Shown here: positions 39,176 through 46,726 of the stretch, piece after piece
Layout of the letters: each line of letters starts with the position of its first letter
Numbering within the stretch: position 1 is the stretch's first letter
Assembly: GCA_039586795.1 (NCBI GenBank)
Contig: JBDHJS010000003.1
Span: 96,001-160,000 of the forward strand
DNA: 64,000 bases
DNA from: Gemmatimonadota bacterium
Lineage (GTDB): Bacteria; Gemmatimonadota; Gemmatimonadetes; Palauibacterales; KS3-K002
Direction of reading: 5' to 3'
Notes under the pieces: model-generated
The model's input: only the letters and a program-made list of their open reading frames with translations
Told to the model about the DNA's origin: nothing
Databases searched by the model: none
Translations under genes and position numbers: made by a program

Positions 39176-40213
39176 CTACCTCTCCGCAGACGACTCCGGT
39201 TGGGCGGCGAGTGCCGCCTCTCGGTCCTGGTTTTCTATGAACCAATCCACGAACCGACGCAGCCCTTCTTCGATCCTCACCTGGGGTTCGTAGCCGAGAA
39301 TCTCACGGGCACGAGAAACGTCGGCCCAAGTGTGCGGCACGTCGCCGGGCTGAGGGGGAAGGACATCGAGTTTTGGCTCGACACCTGTGGCTTCGCCCAA
39401 CAGGCTGATGAGCTCCTTCAGCTTGACCGTCCGACTGGCTCCGATGTTGAGGATCGTGAAGTCCTCGGCGGCCCCATTCAGCACGGCCTGATCGAGCGAC
39501 GCGGCGATAGCAGCTACGACGTCGTCGACGAAAGTATAGTCTCTATCGGCATTCCCATCGCCATACATCGGAATGGCCTCGCCGGCCAACAGCGCCCGCG
39601 TGAACTTGTGAATCGCTAGATCGGGACGCTGGCGCGGACCGTAGACGGTGAACAGCCTCAGGCAGTAGCAGGCCAGACCATGGAGATGCCAATAGCTGTG
39701 GCAGAGCAGCTCGCAAGCTCGCTTTGTGGCCGCATACGGAGACAGAGGGTGATCCGAATCATCCTCTTCCGAGAAGGCGCCAGAGTGGCCGCTGGCTCCG
39801 TAGACGGACGACGATGAAGCGAACACCAGCGAGTTCACACCAAACCTGCGCATCGTCTCCAGCAAACGCAGCGTGCCCATCACGTTGGTGTCGTAGTAGG
39901 CATCGGGCGCCTGAATCGAAGGCCGCACACCGGCTCGCGCCGCCATGTGCACCACGGCGTCGAATTGCGTCTCGCTGAACAGGCGCGTCAGAAAGCTCTC
40001 ATCTCGTAGATCACCCTCAGCCAGCTGAAAGCGAGGATGGCCTCTGGCGGCCTCCAGGTTCCCCTCTTTGATGATCCGGGGATAGAAGTCATCGAAATTG
40101 TCGACACCCCAAACCGTCGTACCGTCGGCCAGCAAGCGATCGACAACGTGCGACCCGATGAACCCGGCTGCGCCGGTCACCAATACGCGTCTGAAAAGGT
40201 GCTCATCACTCAT
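39176..40213 (-). CDS. UDP-glucuronate 4-epimerase-like NAD-dependent epimerase
   Basis: VLVTGAAGFIGSH, DNFDDFY...K, H.AARAGVRPS, ASSSSVYG, SPYAATK, RLFTVYGPRQRPDLA, QPGDV. Start set at ATG 40213. Confidence 0.9.
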   Translation of the reverse strand: MSDEHLFRRVLVTGAAGFIGSHVVDRLLADGTTVWGVDNFDDFYPRIIKEGNLEAARGHPRFQLAEGDLRDESFLTRLFSETQFDAVVHMAARAGVRPSIQAPDAYYDTNVMGTLRLLETMRRFGVNSLVFASSSSVYGASGHSGAFSEEDDSDHPLSPYAATKRACELLCHSYWHLHGLACYCLRLFTVYGPRQRPDLAIHKFTRALLAGEAIPMYGDGNADRDYTFVDDVVAAIAASLDQAVLNGAAEDFTILNIGASRTVKLKELISLLGEATGVEPKLDVLPPQPGDVPHTWADVSRAREILGYEPQVRIEEGLRRFVDWFIENQDREAALAAQPESSAER

Positions 40214-40407
40214 AGGACCAGTACATGTTGTTAACCGTGTGTGGCGCTGACGAGACATCCATTAGCTATACCTCACTTTGATCTTGCCTTCGCACCAAGC
40301 TGCCGCGCCCCCAAAGACATCCAGACATCACATACGGCAAGCGTATCTCCGCTCTGCAGCCAGCCCGGCGGACAGATGGCAAGGCTACCGTTCACCACGC
40401 GCAGCTA

Positions 40408-40423
40408 AGCACGAATCGGGCCT
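40408..40423 (-). promoter_or_regulatory. Weak candidate sigma-54 promoter for the epimerase
   Basis: Minus strand AGGCCCGATTCGTGCT (GG-N10-GC, -12 element GTGC). Confidence 0.3.
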
Positions 40424-40456
40424 CAAGACCGGTTCGGATCCTATCTTCGATCGCGA

Positions 40457-40472
40457 CGGTATAACTTATGCT
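40457..40472 (+). promoter_or_regulatory. Weak candidate sigma-54 promoter for the pseudokinase
   Basis: CGGTATAACTTATGCT (GG-N10-GC). Confidence 0.3.
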
Positions 40473-40636
40473 CAGGTATGCTATTAACAGGGGGATTCAT
40501 TCCAGGAGCTTCCGAGGAGGGTTGACTCCACGACAGAAGTCCTTTTTGTCTAGGCAAGAAGCGGTGGTTTTGCCTTCTCACTGAAGACCCCCACTAGTCA
40601 AGAGCAGCGGCGTAATCCGCAAAAGAATCACGATCG

Positions 40637-42271
40637 ATGACCGCAAATCGCCATGCCGACGAACTGAGGCGTAGAGCCGAAAAGGATCTTCGCGACCAGT
40701 TCCGCATCGAGTCAGTCCTTGGGTGCGGCGAAGATTCTGTGGTTCTGCTTGCCAAAGACGTGGCACGCGGAAGCCGCCTCGCGCTCAAGATCGTGGCGAT
40801 GCCGAGCCTGCCGCCGGGCCTATCTTCCGGCGATTTAGTGACGCGGTTTGAGACGATGGCTAGCGGCGTCAGCTCTCTCAGGCACTCCCACCTGGTTCCG
40901 ATATTCGACTACGGAAGCTTCGACGACTTCTTCTGGTACTCGATGCAGCGGGAAGAAGGACCCTCACTCGAGGTGGTCCTGACCGGGTCCGGCCGACTGG
41001 ATCTCCACAGAAGCCTGGCGATCATCGAACAAACAGCGTCAGCTCTCGATTTCCTCAACCGGAGGGGATTCGCCCACGGCGCGCTGCGACCGAGCCAGAT
41101 CTTTCTTGCAGACGGAAAGTGGGCACGTGTCGCCGATCAAACGCTCAGTCGGATCCTTCGCCCGGTAGGAACCAGCGAGGCCGCCAGCAGCACAGGGTAC
41201 GAAGCTCCCGGCGACGACAATCCTACGATCGGCGCTGCCGCCGCCGACCAGTACGCCCTGGCGATGATCGCGTATCGATGTCTCTTCGGGTCACCGGAGT
41301 CCGATGCAGGAGATTCACCCAAGACCGGTGCGGAACTGGACGGCGAGTTTGATCCGCCTCGTGTCTCGCCCGTGGATGCTCGGGGCGGGGATTTCCCAGA
41401 CCACATCGTCGATGCCCTGGAGAGAGCCCTGAGTGAATCGCCTCAACATCGTTTTGCCAGCGTACTCGATTTTGCCACACTGCTGCGCGGCGGTTCCTGG
41501 GTGCTGAGCAATCCAAGAGACCGACGAAGCCGCGCGGGCGCCCCCGATAAGCCGAGAGCCTTTGTGCCCGGGGAAGACCGCGAACCCGCCGACGTCATAA
41601 AACGAGCGCTAGATGCCGCCGGCGCGGATAGATCCGCGCGTTCGATACTCCCCGCGGTGCGAGAAGGTGGGATGTTGGCCCGGATGATCCATGCCCGACC
41701 TATGGCTCACACGATCAGCATAGGTGGCGTAGCGGTGATTCTGGCTCTCGCCGGCGCGGCTTTCCTTTCCCGCGGTTCCGGCGCGAGCTCCGAACCCGTG
41801 TCTGCGGTGGAGCGACCTACGGCACCCACAAGCGCAGAACAGAGCGGTACCATTAACGAGAACGAAGAGCCGACGCCAGATCCTGCACCGGATTCCGAGT
41901 CGGGGGCGGCCAGCAACTCCGAAAGCCAGCCCACGTCTGAATCACCTCAGGCCCGGCCTGCAGAAACGACCGACGACACGCCCATCGACCGGAGCAGCAG
42001 TTCCGTCGCGACGAACGGCGAGCCTGCGGCGCAAGAGCCCGTTGCCCTCGAGCCCGGGCGACTGTTTGTCAACTCGACGCCCTGGGGACGACTGTATATC
42101 GACGGCACGTTGATTGGAAACACGCCCCGGGCGAATCTCTTCATCGAGCCCGGTCCGCACGTCATTCAGATTCTCCGAGACGGTTTCGAGCCCTACGAGT
42201 TGGAGATCGAGGTGCTGCCCGGCGAAACGATTCGGCTGACCGAGATCGAGCTGACTCCAGCCAGGTCGTAG
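40637..42271 (+). CDS. Hanks-type Ser/Thr protein kinase-like protein (probable pseudokinase) with TM helix and C-terminal PEGA domain
   Basis: LGCGEDSVVLLA, LALKI, L.H.HLVPIFDYG and DQYALAMIAY are present, but the catalytic loop is HGALRPSQ and DFG reads DQT. A TM helix, a Pro/Ser/Glu linker and PEGA (LFVNSTPWG.LYIDG..IGNTP) follow. Confidence 0.85.
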   Translation: MTANRHADELRRRAEKDLRDQFRIESVLGCGEDSVVLLAKDVARGSRLALKIVAMPSLPPGLSSGDLVTRFETMASGVSSLRHSHLVPIFDYGSFDDFFWYSMQREEGPSLEVVLTGSGRLDLHRSLAIIEQTASALDFLNRRGFAHGALRPSQIFLADGKWARVADQTLSRILRPVGTSEAASSTGYEAPGDDNPTIGAAAADQYALAMIAYRCLFGSPESDAGDSPKTGAELDGEFDPPRVSPVDARGGDFPDHIVDALERALSESPQHRFASVLDFATLLRGGSWVLSNPRDRRSRAGAPDKPRAFVPGEDREPADVIKRALDAAGADRSARSILPAVREGGMLARMIHARPMAHTISIGGVAVILALAGAAFLSRGSGASSEPVSAVERPTAPTSAEQSGTINENEEPTPDPAPDSESGAASNSESQPTSESPQARPAETTDDTPIDRSSSSVATNGEPAAQEPVALEPGRLFVNSTPWGRLYIDGTLIGNTPRANLFIEPGPHVIQILRDGFEPYELEIEVLPGETIRLTEIELTPARS

Positions 42272-42318
42272 CCGGTCACGGACATCCAACTGCCGCAACC
42301 TCATAAGACACGGCCGTT

Positions 42319-42334
42319 TGGCCCAAGACTTGCC
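42319..42334 (+). promoter_or_regulatory. Candidate sigma-54 -24/-12 promoter for the His-kinase operon
   Basis: TGGCCCAAGACTTGCC is near consensus and about 150 nt upstream of the start at 42487. Confidence 0.6.
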
Positions 42335-42486
42335 ATCCCTTACTTTGCCTGGCTGCTTTCTCCCGCTACATTGATCCTGCTATTCTGCAGAGCAGAGTAG
42401 TATGGATTACCGGAGTCGCGAAAACACCTCTCTGAACCTGTGATCCGTAGAGCTGCACTACCAGTGCAGCCAACGGAGAATCGTCG

Positions 42487-44133
42487 ATGTCTGTGTCGCC
42501 GCAAACACGTCCGAAGATCGACTATGAGGGTGCGGTTTACGCCCTCAAGGTCTCCGCCAAGCAAGTCGTAACAGACTGGCAGGGGGATGACGCTAAGGAA
42601 GCGTCGAAGGTTGTTGCCTGTTTGTGTCGAGCCGTCGCGCGGTACTTGAGCGGAAAGAAGCTTGCCATTGACCGCAGTATCGAGGCGGGATTTGGCATCC
42701 ACGTCCTCGGACTTCTGCGCGCAGAGTTGCTCCGGGTCTGGACGCGTAGTGAAGTCCTCCCAAGCGCGCGAACGATCGTCCAAACGCATCGCGCGCTTGA
42801 TGAGCTCGAAAACACTCTCAAACCCCGCCTGGCGGACGGTCTCGCTAATAGCTTTGCCGGACAGCAGAGTCTGAACCTTGTCGTCGAACTCGCCCACGAT
42901 CTTAGATCACCTCTGACATCCATCCTCTCTCTGGCTGAGATACTGCACTACGGTGACAGCGGGCCCGTTACGGAGCGCCAACGTCGCCAACTCAGCCTCA
43001 TTTACGAGAGCGCGCTTCAGCTGAGCGGCCTCGCCAGCAACGTGATCGAGATCGTTCGTGGTGGTAGCGACTTGTCAGATGACATGCTGTCGCCGTTCTC
43101 GGTGTCGGAAATCCTGCAGTCGGTGCAGGAGATAATCCGGCCGATCGCCGAGAAGAAGGAGCTGACGATCCGGCTCATCACTCCGCCCCGAGATCAAAGA
43201 TTTGGCTACCCACAGGCGTTGAGCCGCGTGCTCCTCAACCTGACGACCAATGCACTGAAGTTCACGGACAAAGGGTTCGTCGAGATCGCGGCGCGCGCTC
43301 GAGGTCTGACACAGATTGAGTTTTCTGTCCGCGACACTGGGGCTGGGATTCCGGAACAGTCGCTCGCAACGCTGTACGACCCGTTCCGCTCCGATCAATC
43401 GGAAGGAAACCTGCGTTTCTCCGGCTCCGGACTCGGTCTGGCGATTTGCCGGAAGCTGGTAGACGCGATGGGCTCCGAGCTCAAGGTCGTCAGTGGCGCC
43501 TGGGGTACGCAGTTCTCATTCTTGCTCGATCTTCCGTTATCGGAGATCACGCCGGAGGAGCGCCGCCAGTACAGAATGGAGCGCTTCAAACGTATCACGA
43601 AACCGAAGCGAGTCACGCGTGCCGCTCTGGCCGTCGCCGCCGCGGCAACGGTCATAATCGTCGCCGGCACGTTGATCAGTCGAGATCGACGAGCTGCAGA
43701 CGAGAACACGCCAGAGGTGGAACTCGCCAGCACACCCCAGGATCAGGGTGTCTTGGGACTGGAACCGTCGACCGTGGCACCTTCCACGGCGAGCCCGGCT
43801 CTCCCGGCGCCGGAGGAAGAAGCTCCGACGCCGGATCCGACCACAGCGGCGGTACCCGCGTCAAGCTCCGAGCAGCAGGCGCAACAGGACGCTCCCGTGA
43901 GAGACATCACGCCTCCTCCTCCGGGTCAACTCTCAATCAACTCGACTCCATGGGGCTTGCTGTTCGTCGATGGGGAATTGGTCGGCAACACGCCGAAGGC
44001 GAATGTCGTACTACCCGCAGGCACTCACATCATCCGCATCGTTCGCGAGGGGTTCGAGGATTACAGACGCGAGATCTACATCGAGTCAGGAGCAGCGCTC
44101 CGCATCACCGATATCACACTCGTGCGCCGCTAA
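42487..44133 (+). CDS. Histidine kinase (HisKA + HATPase_c) with C-terminal TM helix and PEGA domain
   Basis: H box ELAHDLRSPLTSI, N box NLTTNALKFT, G1 VRDTGAGI, F box YDPF and G2 GSGLGLAIC, followed by a basic stretch, a TM helix, a Pro-rich linker and PEGA. Confidence 0.9.
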   Translation: MSVSPQTRPKIDYEGAVYALKVSAKQVVTDWQGDDAKEASKVVACLCRAVARYLSGKKLAIDRSIEAGFGIHVLGLLRAELLRVWTRSEVLPSARTIVQTHRALDELENTLKPRLADGLANSFAGQQSLNLVVELAHDLRSPLTSILSLAEILHYGDSGPVTERQRRQLSLIYESALQLSGLASNVIEIVRGGSDLSDDMLSPFSVSEILQSVQEIIRPIAEKKELTIRLITPPRDQRFGYPQALSRVLLNLTTNALKFTDKGFVEIAARARGLTQIEFSVRDTGAGIPEQSLATLYDPFRSDQSEGNLRFSGSGLGLAICRKLVDAMGSELKVVSGAWGTQFSFLLDLPLSEITPEERRQYRMERFKRITKPKRVTRAALAVAAAATVIIVAGTLISRDRRAADENTPEVELASTPQDQGVLGLEPSTVAPSTASPALPAPEEEAPTPDPTTAAVPASSSEQQAQQDAPVRDITPPPPGQLSINSTPWGLLFVDGELVGNTPKANVVLPAGTHIIRIVREGFEDYRREIYIESGAALRITDITLVRR

Positions 44134-44134
44134 C

Positions 44135-45193
44135 ATGAGACTCATTCGTCACCTTGCTCTCGCCCTAGTTCTGATCAGCTCCATTCCGATTGCTGCTAGC
44201 GCTCAGTCGGCGAGGCAGTTGCTGCAGGACGGAGTCTTTCGCTATCGCAACCTCGAGTACGATTCAGCGACGGTCCTGCTTGAACGCGCCCTGGATCTGT
44301 CCTTGCGTCCTCCGCTGGCGCTGGAAGATCGAGCCGACGCGCTAACGTTCCTGGCAGCCAGCCTGGTCTTCATGGGCCAGGCCGATTCGGCTGAAGTGGT
44401 CTTCACCACGCTGGTAAGACTCGATCCGCGCTACGAGCCCGACCAACTCGTTTTTCCTCCGGAAGTGACGAGCGTGTTCGAGTCGGCCCGGCGCGCAACG
44501 ATGGCCATCGCGATTGAGGCGCCGGAACGAACGCAGTTCTTGCTCGACCAGGGACAGTTTTCGGCCCGGCTGTTTGCCAGCTCCGTTCATGACATCTTGG
44601 CCGAGATCCGCACCGCGGACGGAGCACGTCGCCAGACGATCTACACAGGGCCGGTGCGTGACAGCTTGCAGCTCAGCTGGAATGGTCGTGACCCTGCAGG
44701 CGACGTTGCGCCGAGCGGGCTTTATATGCTGGAGGTGACCTCGCGGGACGCTCGGGGAATGGCTCTTCGCACGGTGACCATGCCGCTCGAGGTTAGCGTC
44801 TCGAGGGCCGATACACTTCCGTTGCCGACCACACCGCCAGACTCTCTCTTCCTACCCGAAGAGACAACCTCCGGCAGGGCTAGCGCCGAGGCCCTCGTCG
44901 GCGGCGTGATCGCGGGTGCGGCCGTTCTGCTGGTGCCGTTGGCGATTGCACCGAGGATTGATCTGAGTTCGGCACGTTATGTCATTGCGGGTGCCCTCGG
45001 CGCGATCGGCGTCGTTGGGACCCTGAAGTATCGGCCAGGAAGACCACTACCGGACAACGTCGAGTACAACGAGAATCTCCGCAGAGCGCTGCGCGCGCAA
45101 ACGGATTCAATACTAAGAGAAAACGCTGCTCTACGAGGCGAAGTGCGGTTCGTGATCACCGCTGGTGAGCCGACAAGCCTGGATCGGCGATAG
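44135..45193 (+). CDS. Exported protein with TPR-like helices and a FlgD-Ig-like domain
   Basis: Signal peptide (..ASA/Q), TPR-like segment (GV.RY..LEYD.A..LL.RAL..., A..FL......G..D.A...F), LSWNGRD..G..APSGLY.LEV, and a C-terminal hydrophobic hairpin. Start ATG 44135. Confidence 0.65.
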   Translation: MRLIRHLALALVLISSIPIAASAQSARQLLQDGVFRYRNLEYDSATVLLERALDLSLRPPLALEDRADALTFLAASLVFMGQADSAEVVFTTLVRLDPRYEPDQLVFPPEVTSVFESARRATMAIAIEAPERTQFLLDQGQFSARLFASSVHDILAEIRTADGARRQTIYTGPVRDSLQLSWNGRDPAGDVAPSGLYMLEVTSRDARGMALRTVTMPLEVSVSRADTLPLPTTPPDSLFLPEETTSGRASAEALVGGVIAGAAVLLVPLAIAPRIDLSSARYVIAGALGAIGVVGTLKYRPGRPLPDNVEYNENLRRALRAQTDSILRENAALRGEVRFVITAGEPTSLDRR

Positions 45194-45199
45194 GCGAGC

Positions 45200-45865
45200 A
45201 TGGTCCTGCAAACGAGACGCTTTCTGATCTGTTTGACGACATTGGCCGCCCTCGTGGCGTCTGGCGAGCTGTTCGCGCAGGTGCCGATGACCTCGTCTTA
45301 CGCCAGCCTCGGACCGTCATTCACCATTCTCGACATCGAACGACCCAGCCCCGCCGGGACCCTTCGGGTCAGCGGCGTCAGCATCGTGGGTGAGGCGGGT
45401 GTGGTGCTCTCGGTCTTCTCCGCCGACGCGCGCCTGGCGACCGGCAGTCTCGATTACGAGGATGCCGAGGGCTCGGCGACTCTTGCGGAAGCTGAGTTGA
45501 TGGTCGGCTTCCGCCCGCTGCGGTGGGTGGCACTGCAGGTAGGCCCCCACCTCAGAAAGCTAGACACAACGCAAAGCGAGAACTGGGTCTTCTGGGAGGC
45601 TCGAATCTGGTTTGGGGCAACGCTGCTGGAAAGGGTCGCCTACAGCTACATGAAGGGGTGGCTAATACTCTCTGCCAGCGAGCCGGAGAACACGACGTTC
45701 GATAACGGCTTCGGATTCGAGGGTGGCCTCCTCCTCAAGACCACAACGCTACCTGTCTGGGTGAAGACCGGTTACAGAATAGACCGGGTGACTTTCAACG
45801 AACTCAGCAGCGCCGACACGCCGCAGCAGCTGTTCCTACTCTTCGGCATCAACTTCAATATCTAG
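45200..45865 (+). CDS. Putative outer-membrane beta-barrel protein
   Basis: Signal peptide, alternating amphipathic strands, and C-terminal LFLLFGINFNI. Confidence 0.65.
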   Translation: MVLQTRRFLICLTTLAALVASGELFAQVPMTSSYASLGPSFTILDIERPSPAGTLRVSGVSIVGEAGVVLSVFSADARLATGSLDYEDAEGSATLAEAELMVGFRPLRWVALQVGPHLRKLDTTQSENWVFWEARIWFGATLLERVAYSYMKGWLILSASEPENTTFDNGFGFEGGLLLKTTTLPVWVKTGYRIDRVTFNELSSADTPQQLFLLFGINFNI

Positions 45866-46125
45866 CTCGGCCGGCCCGCAATGTTGCGGCGGCGGCGCTC
45901 GGACTCTAACTCCAACAGCGGTTCGCTTCCGGCGCTTAGACCGAATCGCGCCAGTTGTGACGCCTTCCGCAGTAGCGCACCTGCTGCTTCCGGCAAACGC
46001 GTTCCGCACCTCGGACAGATCGGTGACTTCCGCCCGTCGCTGCTGTCCGCTGGGAGCCGCTCCACCGCTACCTTTTCGGACAGCGCACCCTTACCCTGGC
46101 CGCATACAACGCAGTCGTCGCTCAC
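45862..46125 (-). CDS. Small hypothetical Zn-finger-like protein
   Basis: CxxC (CVVC) and CxxC (CPRC) pairs. GTG start 46125 behind AAGGGGGG; the stop overlaps the convergent beta-barrel gene. Confidence 0.45.
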   Translation of the reverse strand: MSDDCVVCGQGKGALSEKVAVERLPADSSDGRKSPICPRCGTRLPEAAGALLRKASQLARFGLSAGSEPLLELESERRRRNIAGRPS

Positions 46126-46659
46126 CAAAGAACCCCCCTTAACCGGCCCGGCACAGTACATCTCGCGGAAAATGCGCTCTGTTGATGCCCTGTCACGAAC
46201 ATGAAGAGACCCTTCGACCGAAAACTGGGATCGATTCTGTCCAGTACTTCATATGTTCGAGTGCACGCTTATGTGGAGTCCCACAAAGGAGATGCGGAGG
46301 CAAGAAAGGGACCAACGGACGATGGGTCACTCACGGATCGCCACAGTTGACGAATGGCGCTAAGTGCCGACGTGCCATACATATGTTCACCCTGGCAGAG
46401 GATATTCGGGTGATGCTTTAGCGCTACGGAACAGATGGATCCGGCTATCACGATCGCAACACTGGCCGTCCGTCGACCCGCACGCGGTTCTCACCCATCA
46501 GATGGACCCGCACAAGACGAATCTGGGTGCGGGTGCACGTGTTGCTTCCAAGCTACAGCCAGGCCTCGGGGGTAGCGCGGCCCGCGAGACAGATCGGTGA
46601 ATCGGGGCTAACCCGGCCAAGATCGCTGCTACTGCTTGATCTGTGGCCGCTTCTTGTAC

Positions 46660-46675
46660 CGGCACGCTCCCTGCT
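46660..46675 (+). promoter_or_regulatory. Candidate sigma-54 -24/-12 promoter for the TonB-dependent receptor
   Basis: CGGCACGCTCCCTGCT has a strong -24 GGCACG element and lies about 50 nt upstream of the start at 46727. Confidence 0.5.
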
Positions 46676-46726
46676 GTATGCTCATTTCGAACTTTCCGGC
46701 ATTACGTGTAGCAGAACTCAACCGGA

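Noticed and set aside
40461..40484. loxP-like string ATAACTT-N8-GTATGCTAT
   Set aside because: The right inverted arm is absent and no recombinase is nearby, so it is most likely coincidence.
46162..46726. Riboswitch (cobalamin/TPP) upstream of the TonB-dependent receptor
   Set aside because: I could not find the conserved cores by eye. An Rfam/Infernal scan would be decisive.
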